DNA of 64,000 nucleotides, from assembly GCF_035084215.1 (NCBI RefSeq), contig NC_090327.1, positions 68,944,001-69,008,000 on the forward strand, read 5' to 3'. Positions within the stretch are counted from its first letter, which is position 1. Each line of letters starts with the position of its first letter. Under the pieces are notes generated by a model. It ran no database searches and was not told the origin of the DNA. It saw only the letters and a list, made by a program, of their open reading frames with translations. Of this stretch, positions 25,123 to 35,893 are shown piece after piece. This DNA comes from Heptranchias perlo (Eukaryota). Position numbers and translations under genes: made by a program.

Positions 25123-25848
25123 AAAGTGTATACCACTGTACCGGCACCTCTGCTGGGTCTGTCCTGCCGGTTGATCAGGACATACCTTGGGATGGTGATG
25201 GAAGAGTCTGGGACGTTGGCTGAAAGGTATGATTCTGTGAGTATGGCTATGTCAGGCTGTTGCTTGTCTAGACTGTGGGACAGCTCTCCCAATTTTGGCA
25301 CAAGTTCCCAGATGTTAGTGAGGAGGACTTTGCAAGGTCGACTGGGCTTGGTTTGCCTTTATCTTGGCAAGTGCCTAGTGGTCCGATGCTGGGTGGTCTT
25401 ACGTTATTATGTTTTATTCTTATGATGACTTTTTTGTAGCAAGACTTTACAACCGAGTGACTTGCTAGGTCATTTCAGAGGGCGATTAAGAATCAACCAC
25501 ATTACTGTGGGTCTTTTTTTAAAATTCGTTCACGGGATGTGGGCGTCGCTGGCAAGGCCGGCATTTATTGCCCATCCCTAATTGCCCTGGAGTCATACAT
25601 AGGCCAGACCGGGTAAGGACAGCAGGTTTCCTTCCCTAAAGGACATTAATGAACCAGATGGGTTTTTAGAATAATACGGTGGTTTCATGGCCACCATTAC
25701 TGATACTAGTTTTTTTTATTCCAGGTTTTATTTAATTGATTGAATTTAAATTCCCCAACTGCCGTGGAATTTGTTTTGAACTCATGACTCCGGATTATTA
25801 GTCCAGGCCTCTGGATTACTAGTCCAGTAACATAACCACTATGCTATC
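25123..25848 (-). mobile_element. LINE-B 5' end: tRNA-like head, 5' UTR and endonuclease N-terminus
   Basis: PKLGELSH...PDIAILTESYL...RQDRPSRGAGTVVY (APE domain); upstream TAGTGGTTATG..GAGTTCAAA head shared with 28640-28850 and 30165-30425. Confidence 0.8.
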
Positions 25849-25854
25849 ATAACG

Positions 25855-26235
25855 TGGCGTCAGCAGGTTGGGATGACTTATGACTAGACGATAAGTCCAG
25901 AGATGCTTACATTCAGAACATAGCAGTCGAATAGTATAAAGATAGGGTATGCTCCCTCCCAAAGGTTAGAGCTCTCAAGAGGACAGTCGGAAGTCCATAG
26001 ACAAAGGTAGCCTACAGAGAGAGGCCAAGTCTGATCATCTTGGGTTCGCGGGAACCAGGTTGTATTACTTGCTTCTCATTTAATGTTATCTGAAGACAGT
26101 TGTGTTAATACTGTTGTGAGTCAATATATTAAAACTTGTTGTTTAATAACCACTCATGCTATGATCATGTGGAAGTTATTGTTGAAGGATTAACAACCCT
26201 TTTGTTGCGACAGTAATGAGGAAAATCCTCCAACA
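25855..26235 (+). mobile_element. Possible LTR 3' remnant
   Basis: TATAAA at about 25935, ATTAAA at about 26128, ends CCAACA and abuts an L2 fragment; no 5' TG or TSD found. Confidence 0.3.
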
Positions 26236-26432
26236 GATGGATTTAAAGATGAAGATGGGAACTAAAAATTCAATGCATTTGGGGACAGAGAGCCGGTGTA
26301 AATCAATGAGGATAGCGGTGATATGCAAGTGGGACAGTGCAGGACAGCGTATAAGCAGTTAAGTTTTGAATGAGTAGGAGTTTATGGACAGAGAAGGATG
26401 GGTGGCCAGCAAGGACTCCAGTGAAGAAGTTG
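26236..26432 (-). mobile_element. Old L2 fragment
   Basis: Weakly matches 296-470 (GATTTAAAGATGAAGATG..GAGCCGGTGTAAATCA..AGTTTTGAATGAG). Confidence 0.5.
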
Positions 26433-27078
26433 GTCAGGATTTTCCTCATTGGTGGAAACCCAGCATGAAATAGTCATGTTAAGCTTTGTATCCATCCGAC
26501 TTGACCACCTCTGACCCCAGTGTATTTTCAAGGGCCAGCCTAGTTACCATGATTTTGGTGGGATGCTAGTGGTGAATTCACCTATGCCAGGATGCCCATT
26601 GTTAGGTGTGGGGGGGGGGGGTGGGCTGCGGGCGGAAAATGGCTGCTGTAGGCCTCAGGCACCTGCAGTAGCAGAGTGAGGCTAGTTGCCTACGGGCTCA
26701 ATTTTCAATAAAACTTAAAGATTTTCAGAGTAAATGAGCGCAGACAATCACCTCATGATCAATTGCACTTGTTTAACGGGCCATTTCAAATTTAGATTCC
26801 CTCCCACACGCCAACCAATGCTCAACACCAGTAACATACTGGCATCCCTTGTGTCCAATGTTGCTATGGTATGAACTAGGATGCATGGCTTCATCCCATG
26901 GTTACTGCATGCTTTAAATACACCGATCCATATTTGGGCAGATATATACGAAGGCTGTCATCCTTTCCAGCAAAAAAATCCATAAATGGCAACAAAGCGG
27001 ACAGCTCCCTGCTGGAATTTCCACTTCTACCTTCCCCAAATCTGTCTGAGATTGACAGGGAGCAGAAGATCCTACCTA
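26432..27078. mobile_element. Decayed MITE
   Basis: Ends GGTCAGGATTTTC / GAAGATCCTACC. Confidence 0.4.
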
Positions 27079-27986
27079 TCGAGTCTAGAAGTGACAAAAG
27101 CATGAGTAAGGGATTTGGTAGAGCAGTGGGGTGTTGGGGGGGGCGGGGGGGGGGGGGTTAGGGGCAGGGATGAGGTCATGGGGAAGGTAGGACATCAGTG
27201 TTGCAGAGGTGGAAGTCAGTTATCCTGCTGGTCAAAAGGATATGGGGTTTGAAATTCAACTCTGGGTCTATTTGGAAATGGTTCTGAACTCTGCCAGTTT
27301 GCTCTAATATTTTTATTGGAGAAGGATAGTTAGCTCTATGTAACCATCCAACTGATCACTCCATATGGTGGTCTGCTCAAGTGAGAAACACCATTCTTTT
27401 AGCTTAGAACATAAAAGATAAAAGCCAAGAATTTGGGCAGAATCTTGATAATCCGTGTTTCCGCCCTATTTAAGCTTCCCAAGAAATCCCGATTTGGTGG
27501 CAGGGGACATGATGTTTCTTCTGCCTGGTCACTCGTATCAAGCGAGAACTTTGGGGGCTATCTGTACTGGCTCCCAGGCTATCTGGGAATTCTAACAGAA
27601 GTAGCCCGATAGGCCAAGGGGCACCTATGGTGACATTGAGCAGGTGTAGGTCCCATTCTGGGCAGGGCAAAGGTCCGAAGAATGAGCATTGTAAAAGTAA
27701 ACAAACCCAGAGGGATCGGGTTCAACTGCCTCTGTGGGTCAGACACCCCCACTGTACTGCTACAGGCATGGGTATCCACACATATTATTCAAATCATCCC
27801 TTCCCTGGGATTTAGAATGTGGTTGCCAACAGGTTAAAGTGGTAGGCGGAGGTTCTGTCCTGCCTTGGAATTTGCTCTCTAAAACTTTTGTTCGTCAATT
27901 TAACTGGAGAAGTCAGATCTTAAACCAATCAGAGCAGACAGCCCAAGGAACAGCTTCACTATTGTTGAAATTAATTTTATAGCCAG

Positions 27987-28492
27987 ATTAGGCGATCTTA
28001 TTGAAACATATAAGATTGTGAAGGGTCTTGATCGGGTGGATGCAGTAAGGATGTTCCCAAAGATGGGTGAAACTAGAACTAGGGGGCATAATCTTAGAAT
28101 AAGGGGCTGCTCTTTCAAAACTGAGATGAGGAGAAACTTCTTCACTCAGAGGGTGGTAGGTCTGTGGAATTTGCTGCCCCAGGAAGCTGTGGAAGCTACA
28201 TCATTAGATAAATTTAAAACAGAAATAGACAGTTTCCTAGAAGTAAAGGGAATTAGGGGTTATGGGGAGCGGGCAGGAAATTGGACATGAAGCTGAGTTC
28301 GGATCGGTCAATGCCCTGTGGGTGGCGGAGAGGGCCCAGGGGCTATGTGGCCGGGTCCTGCTCCGACTTCTTGTGTTCTTTAGATTTGTGGTTGGGATCA
28401 GATCAGCCATGATCTTATTGAATGGCGGAGCAGGCTCGAGGGGCCGATTGGCCTACTCCTGCTCCAATTTCTTATGTTCTCTTATGTTCTTA
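27987..28492 (+). mobile_element. CR1 3' end with duplicated terminal stem-loop
   Basis: KGLDRVDAVRMFP..TRGHNLRI..RRNFFTQRVVGLWN, plus tail TTCTTATGTTCT. Confidence 0.92.
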
Positions 28493-28639
28493 TTAGGATC
28501 TGCATTCTTGGATTGTATCCAACAAGTCAGAGAAGCAGAGAGGCAACTAGGTTTGTTGGGCTGGAATTTCCTTCTTATAACCGCCTATTTTTGAGTGGTT
28601 ATGGGGCACTAAAAACAGGAAAATGGGGCGGTATGGTAA

Positions 28640-28850
28640 CAGGTGCGCTAGTGTAGTGGTTATGATATGGTACCAGAGGTAGTGAATTCAAATCCCACCA
28701 TGGTTAATTATGAAACTGAATTCAATCATATGGTAATTTGTGGATTGGCACCAGATAAATGATGATGAAAGCTGTTGCAATGTCATAAAAACCCAATTGG
28801 TTCACTAATGCTTTTCAGGGAAGGGAACCTTCCACCCCTATCCAGTCTGG
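28640..28850 (+). mobile_element. tRNA-headed SINE related to the LINE-B 5' end
   Basis: TAGTGTAGTGGTTA..GAATTCAAATCCCACCATGG..AAAAACCCAATTGGTTCACTAATG..AGGGAAGG. Confidence 0.7.
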
Positions 28851-28969
28851 CATCAGCTCACCATTGTACAAAGAAAGTCACTCATGCTCTCTTCAGCTGG
28901 GCCTCGCTGTTTATTGCCTTCTTCATGGAACCTGCAAAACAAAGAGAGAGCGATCCAATTCTAAACACT

Positions 28970-29557
28970 GACAGGGTTCCCACAGGTGCAAGTAGCAGTT
29001 GTCAGAATGCATGTGGCACTCAAGGCCCCATATGTCAAACTCCTCAATTTCATAAACAGGAAAGGTTTTCATTCAAATTAGTTGCAGCCAGTCTGTAATG
29101 CCAGTCACCTTATCCTGCACATTAATGCCGCTACCCTGGAAGCTGCCATGAAGCTTTCATCATGCACCAATCCATCATTACAGCTCTGATGACTCAAAAT
29201 CACTTATCAGGATGGTTGATTGAGGATCAGGGTTATTCTCTGCCGTCATAGCTTATGACTTCAGTATGGCATCTGCAGACAGAGAGGAAGAACAAATATA
29301 ATGAGACCCATGGGACTACAGGAACTGCAATAGAGAAGACCGATGGCACTCTAAAATCTCATTTTAGGTGTCTAGATAAATCTGGTGGAGCCCTGCAGTA
29401 CAGCCCATCCAGAATTACTAGAATCATTGTAGGATGCTGCTTCCTACATAACATTGCTATGCAGAAAGGGTTGCTACTTCCTGAAACTGAAGGGGATCAT
29501 GATAATGATGGAGAAATCCTTCTATCCCCACAAGAGAAGAAGGGTACACAGGAATGA
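28970..29557 (+). pseudogene. Harbinger transposase C-terminal half, heavily decayed
   Basis: FPQVQ, HVALKAP, FINRKGFHS, YPGSCHEAFI, YNETH, FRCLDKSGGALQYSP..IIVGCCFLHNIA. Confidence 0.85.
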
Positions 29558-29789
29558 GTGGAAGTGGAGCAAGAGAGCCATAATACAAAAGTCACAATTT
29601 CATATGTCATCATCCAAATCCATTAAGTTGCAATTATCCACAGAAATGAACTCTGAAGTCAATGTAGTCGTACAATTTTTACTTTTTAGAACAAGTTTCA
29701 GAAAAAACTTTCAATGATTTTATACACTCCAACTGCAATTATTTCTCACCACTGCACCTACCTTTTGTACCAGTTACCTTACTTGCTCC

Positions 29790-29970
29790 AGGTTTTTTTA
29801 ATTTGTTCTCAGGGTGTGGTGATGCTGGCAAGGCAACATTCCTAGTTATTTTGTGAAAGTGGTGGTAGGCCTTCTCCTTGAAATACTGCAGGCCTTGTGG
29901 CCATGATGCTCCCACAATGGTGTTAGGTAGTGAATTGTAGAATATTGACCCAGCTGTGATGAAGGAATGA
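29790..29970 (-). mobile_element. LINE-B 3' tail, old
   Basis: SFITAGS..NSLPNTIVG..QGLQYFKEKAYHH; matches 39872-40060. Confidence 0.75.
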
Positions 29971-30164
29971 CAATATGGAGGCCATCTTCGATTTCCATCC
30001 AAAACGGGTGCCAATGTCGGGAAACAGGTATGGTTAAGGCCTCATTTAATTGCCCCAGATGTTAGTGAGAGGGACTATGCAGTTTGCCTTAACCTTAACG
30101 TGATACGATGCCTGGATCATTGCCGATAGGTTTGTCTGACTTGTCATTATTTCCTATAGTGATT

Positions 30165-30425
30165 ATTTACAACTAGGTGGCTTGCTAGGCCACTTCACAG
30201 GGCCCTCAAGAGTCAACCACATAGGCCAGACTGCATTTGGATGCCAGGCACCCTTTCCTGAAGACATTAATGATCTAGTTGGGGTTTTGCAACAGTCCTG
30301 GTTATTTTCTAGAGCCAGCCCACAAATGACCAGATTCACTGAATTCAATTTCACAACTTCCCATGGTAGGATTTGAACTCACAACCTCTGCGTTGCTAGC
30401 CAAAACCACTAGGCTACCGTACCCA
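30165..30425 (-). mobile_element. tRNA-headed SINE related to the LINE-B 5' end
   Basis: Reverse complement begins GGGTACGGTAGCCTAGTGGTT..GAGTTCAAATCCTACCATGG; shares GTGGCTTGCTAGGCCAYTTCA with 25455-25480. Confidence 0.72.
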
Positions 30426-31156
30426 GCTCCTAATATATTAGTTATATGAGGTTCTTCCTGAGTGATATGGGGAAGATTCCTTTGGAGTCTTCGAGAACTG
30501 AAGTGGCTCTCATCTCAGTGAAGCTGCTGTACCTGAGGGACTTGCTTCCAGATGCCATTTTCTTGCATTGAATGCCTTCCCTCAGGTGCTGGCATTGGCG
30601 AAGGCCTTAAAGAGGTACATGCACCGTCACTATCAAAAATCAGAAGAGATGGAAAACGGGCTACCGATTCGCTATCATTCGTGTTACACTATCACACAAA
30701 ATCAAAATCTACCCCATTGTCTGGAGAATCACAAGAGTGAGCTGTATCATGATACAGTATTATTATACATTATTTTACCGTGCTATGCAACTAAGCAGCT
30801 GCAAAATATGGCCATTTTAATAACCATTTTAAATTTTAAAGGCTCTGACAATAAAAAAGATTTATTTGCATTTATTATCAAAAATTTACATCAATGTAAT
30901 TGCTGAAAACCAATCAGAAGAAGTATTGAAAAATATATTATTTATATTCAGTTAAAATTGTTACCATGCTCTTAACAATCAAATATTACTGTTACAGCTT
31001 GAAGAATCGTTGTAATGTAGCTTACAAAGTTGTTATTAAGTGTTATTTATGTTAGATAGTTTCTATCGGTTCTGTTTTCATGGTGTTTCTACATATTGCT
31101 GCTGTCACTTAATAGTTTCTGTTCAGATAAGATATGATTAATTAGTGAAAGCTTTT

Positions 31157-31633
31157 GGGGCAGAAAATCCATGGGCCCAGCATCGCCAAAGTTCATAGGG
31201 TCAAGTAGCGATCCCTTAAATTCAGTACCCCTTAAGGGTGCCTGTGCCACTACAGCGCCTTCTTGGGCACTCGCTTTATAAGGGAGACACAAAACTAAAC
31301 AAAAAATTATTTTCTCCATGGGGGTCCAGGCACAAGTTAGGCCTGGACCCCCAAATAGGCACCACTTCCGTCATATGACAGGCAGGTATGCCTGGCCTTA
31401 ACCATGTACTGGCCACCAATGATCTGCCAGAGTTTTGTAGACCAAGGATGCGGGAACTCCCCTCCTACGTTGATGGCCTTGATTGGGGCAGATAGAGGCT
31501 CTGTCCTTAGAAATCCATCAGGAAACTCTGACGGAAGGCCAGAGCCTGGCATATCCTGGTCCCTGCCTATCTTGTGACCCTACCGCTGTGTTACAGCAGG
31601 AGTGTGCCAGAAAGGTCACGGATTTTGGGTTCC
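31157..31633. mobile_element. MITE
   Basis: Ends GGGGCAGAAAATCCATG / CACGGATTTTGGGTTCC. Confidence 0.55.
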
Positions 31634-31889
31634 ATTGGGCTTGACCACACTTTGCTAAAGATTTTTAGAGTTTTATTGCATTATTAGTATTATGACTGAT
31701 GATTTGTTAAAGTGATGAAGTGGTGGGAAGGGATGACATTTTGTTTAACCTGGCTGCCAAAGCAATCTCTGCGTTTTCATCCTAACCTTTTTACCTAAGG
31801 AATGGAAAGCAAAGAGTGCTTGAGTTCAAAAATGGAAACAGAGATTAAAAAGCACCGTGAAAGCAAAAGAAAACTGCAAAGAAATACGC

Positions 31890-32055
31890 AAACAAAAACT
31901 GAAACTGTGCATCAATCAATATCTGAAAGATAAGGACTGGTTAATTTTCAGGTTGAACTGATGAAGGGTCTCACTAAAAATGTTAAGTTATCTTCTCTCT
32001 CCTAAATTCTAATTGATTTGTTGTTCATTTACAACATTTTCTGTTTTTGTTTCAG
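31890..32055. mobile_element. Old inverted Penelope terminal remnant
   Basis: AAACAAAAACTGAAA at the left and TTTTCTGTTTTTGTTTCAGA at the right, with central CTGATGAAGGGTC similar to 18765-18860. Confidence 0.55.
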
Positions 32056-32212
32056 ACAGACAGTTCGCATGTGCAGAGAAGGGAAATCTACAGTTGTTTG
32101 AATTGGACACATTTTCTTGGCAGAAATTTTATAGGCCAAGGCGGACCAAAAAAAAGATTTCAGAAGACATGCAGCATGAAGATTTCTCACTAAGTCTGCA
32201 ATGAATTTCTCA

Positions 32213-32625
32213 CTAGTCTAGAACTAGGGGGCACAGTCTCAGGATAAGGGGTCGGCCATTTAGGACTGAGATGAGAAGGAATTTCTTCACTCAGAGGGTG
32301 GTGTCTGTCCTTGGAAAAGACTCTCCCCTGTCATTTACAAACACACTTTCAAAGTCCTAACTGCCTAGCCTTTGACCCTCCCTTTATCACAATAGCACTG
32401 CAGCTGTCAGTTTGCTTAACCACTCCCTCACCTCTGCCTTTGATGCCCTAGTCACCAGTAAAGCCTTTTCTCTCCCATCCTGCTTATTCCCTCCGTTATG
32501 ACCCCCATCGTTGTGGGAAAATTAAGTTGAGATTGAAGATCAGCCATGATCTTTTGAATAGCGGAGCAGGTTCGAGGGGCCGTATGGCCTACTCCTGCTC
32601 CTATTTCTTATGTTTCTTCATGTTC
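32213..32625 (+). mobile_element. CR1 3' end with an L2-derived segment at 32302-32507
   Basis: TCTAGAACTAGGGGGCACAGTCTCAG..ACTCAGAGGGTGGTG, then a copy of 33362-33567, then the CR1 tail. Confidence 0.8.
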
Positions 32626-33269
32626 TGCAGCAACAGAAGTTTTCACTCTTTCTCAGAGAAACATTAGTGAGCTCATTCTCCTCCCTGGCCCAACTTTGGC
32701 AGAGTGCAATTTCCATCCACCTCATGCCTGGGTCCCTGACCCAAGCTGATTTCCTGGGGTCAGGCTTATTTCCTTAATTTGGGCAGATTTCTGGTGGGAT
32801 TCCCACTTTGGGAAGGGAAGCAGTGAAATCGTTGTTGTAGGCCTTGGGAACCTACAGCAGTGTAGCCTGGCTGACTACATCTCAGGCAGCAGAAGAAATT
32901 TAAATGTTTAAAAATCTAATTAAAAAATGGGGCCAGAGGGACTGCAATCGATTAGCCCGTGATTGATTATGCTCTTTTGGGAACGGGATTTAAATTTAAA
33001 TTTTTACATCCCCCTCCACGTGCCATAGCAACACCATATGCCAGAAATGCATGGTGTTCCTAATGCCCATCATTGCTATGGCGCAAATTCATTTCAATAT
33101 GTTCACCTATATTTGTCAGATGTTGCTTTGAGTGGCAAATCCTGAAAGTGGTTATGGGCGGCGGAAGCCGGTAGAAAGTCTCCCCACATGATTTCTACCT
33201 CCTCCCTTTTATCATCTCATACTCATCCACATTGAATTGCATCTGCCACCTGTCTGCCCATTCCGCTAC

Positions 33270-33575
33270 TCTGAAGTCTTTTACATTTGGCCATCTCTGA
33301 TTATTCCTTGTATCCCTCACCACCCCCATTCTTCTACCTCTTTCCAACCCCACGTCCTTTTGTGTCTGTCCTTGGAAAAGACTCTCCCCTGTCATTTACA
33401 AACACACTTTCAAAGTCCTAACTGCCTAGCCTTTGGCCCTCCCTTTATCCCTTATCACTGCAGCTGTCAGTTTGCTTAACCACTCCTTTACCTCTGCCTT
33501 TGATGCCCAAGTCATCAGCAAAGCCTTTTCTCTCCCATCCTGCTCATTCCCTCTGTTATGACCCCCAACTTTGCT
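33270..33575 (+). mobile_element. L2-like ORF2 fragment
   Basis: Pyrimidine-rich; TGTCCTTGGAAAAGACTCTCCCC..CTTAACCACTCC..CCTTTGATGCCC; duplicated at 32302-32507. Confidence 0.55.
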
Positions 33576-34318
33576 CTCTCAAGTCCATTTCTTTCAAGTC
33601 CTATTTCTTATGTTCTTATTCATGGTATCCTGAAACTACCCATAGTTTCCTTCTTTTTTCATGGAATACACTTATCTTGTAACCGCAATTTAAAAAAAAT
33701 ATTCCACTGTTGGTCCAAAGTCCTGTGTGCCACTTTCTCCTTCCTCATCGGCCAGTGATGCAGACCAAGGAGAGTTAGGAAGGTCAGAAGTCTATGGGCA
33801 TTTGGACCCAGAAGAATTGAGAAAGTCAGAATGATGTGGTACATGCAGATGCTCTGATTGGCTTGGAGCCAAATTATAAATCGAGGCTAGGGGATTCGGT
33901 TTATCCCCCACACGGTGTACTGGTTGTCCGTGCGGTGCCTTCCGATGTTTTGATTGTAAGTTTACCTCTTCCTCATCTATATCTGTCTGCTCCGCATCAG
34001 AGGTGTTGATAGTCTGTTTCCTCATTATATTTTTTATCCCAACTTCAACTCGGGCTCTCAGTAGCATTGTCCTTTGGGTTATCCAGAGCAAAAGAAATTG
34101 AAGAGATGTTATAATGTTATGCGGCTACAGTGACAGTTCCTCTGTAGCTTTGGAAGGTGTCCAATCATGCTTCTTGCTAGTGTGTGTTCCCAAATCATTA
34201 TGCAGGCAAGCTGCAGATAGTCCAGGCAAATGTGCAGTTGCCACTGGCTGTCTTGCATCTCTGTGCCCAACAGGTTTAGCTGCTTGGCTCCCCACGATTT
34301 CCAAGGGTTCTTCCTCAT

Positions 34319-35284
34319 TTATTAACGACTTAGATGAAGGCATAGAAAGTCTCATATCTAAGTTTGCCGATGACACAAAGATTGGTGGCATTGTAAGCAG
34401 TGTAGATGAAAACATAAAACTACAAAGCGATATTGATAGATTTGGTGAATGGGCAAAACTGTGGTAAATGGAATTCAATGTAGACAAATGTGAGGTCATC
34501 CACTTTGGATCAAAAAAGGATAGAACAGGGTACTTTCTAAATGGTAAAACGTTAAAAACAGTGGATGTCCAAAGGGACTTAGGGGTTCCGGTACACAGAT
34601 CATTGAAGTGTCATGAACAGGTGCAGAAAATAACCAATAAGGCAAATGGAATGCTGGCCTTTATATCTAGAGGACTGGAGTACAAGGGGGCAGAAGTTAT
34701 GCTGCAGCTATACAAAACCCTGGTTAGACCGCACCTGGAGTACTGTGAGCAGTTCTGGGCACCGCATCTTCGGAAGGACATATTGGCCTTGGAGTGAGTG
34801 CAGCATAGGTTTACTGGAATGATACCCAGACTTCAAGGGTTAAGTTACGAGGAGAGATTACACAAATTAGGGTTGTATTCTCTAGAGTTTAGAAGATTAA
34901 GGGGTGACCTGATCGAAGTTTATAAGATATTAAGGGGAACAGATAGGGTGGATGGAGAGAAACTATTTCCGCTGGTTGGGGATTCTAGGAGTAGGGGGCA
35001 CAGTCTAAAAATTAGAGCCAGACCTTTCAGGAGCGAGATTAGAAAACATTTCTACACACAAAGGGTGGTAGAAGTTTGGAACTCTCTTCCGCAAAGGCAA
35101 TTGATACTAGCTCAATTGCTAAATTTAAATGTGAGATAGATAGCTTTTTGGCAACCAAAGGTATTAAGGGATATGGGCCAAAGGCAGGTATATGGAGTTA
35201 GATCACAGATCAGCCATGATCTTATCAAATGGCGGAGCAGGCACGAGGGGCTGAATGGCCTACTCCTGTTCCTATGTTCCTATG
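34319..35284 (+). mobile_element. 5'-truncated CR1 with 8-bp TSD
   Basis: FINDLDEG..SKFADDTK..LYKTLVRPHLEYC..RRLRGDLIEVYK; TSD TTCCTCAT at 34311-34318 and 35285-35292. Confidence 0.95.
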
Positions 35285-35893
35285 TTCCTCATGGCAGGTC
35301 AGAGGTCTATTGTCAGGGAGATCACCTCCCGTGGCCTGAATTTCCTGGTGATTCTCACCACCTTCTCCCCTGATAGAGAAGAAAAAAAAGCATGAGCATA
35401 GCAATGAAGACTGGGCAGAGTCTTTTGTCACAAAGGCTTGGCACATAAGGTTATAAGTGGGACAACAGCCATAATACTGTTCTTGATGGCACTCACCATC
35501 ATACCCCATTGGTTAGTCCTTTGTTCAACATGATAAGCAGAGTGTACCAGATATCCAATTCATCAATATAAATCTACTTTATGAAGAGGGTGCTCTAGGA
35601 TGTCAAAGAGACCAACTCTCCTTAGTTGTGCTTCTTCCATCAGCACTTTCTAAACTACGTCTGAAAATCAAGGTTACCTTTAACCATGATTTCTTCTCTG
35701 CACAGTAACAATGAAGTGGCCACTTTAAATAGAAGCTACAGTTTTTAAAAATTGCAGCAATGCATTATTTCTCATCGTCCATGAACAGTGAGCTCCTGCA
35801 GGCAGGTCCAATCCGATCTGGGAGATGAGTTTGGAAAATCACATGAGGTCAGCGCAACGCAATATTGGCAAATAGTATTCTCACAGATCCATG

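Noticed and set aside
28640-28700. tRNA genes (also 740-800, 25780-25848, 30360-30425)
   Set aside because: Only degenerate A/B boxes continuing into SINE bodies; no cloverleaf can be drawn.
28970-29557. Domesticated HARBI1 gene
   Set aside because: Frameshifted, catalytic motifs are degraded, and it is one of several Harbinger remnants in the window.
30568-30906. 112-aa ORF
   Set aside because: Non-ATG start, no recognisable domain, and it drifts into AT-rich non-coding composition.
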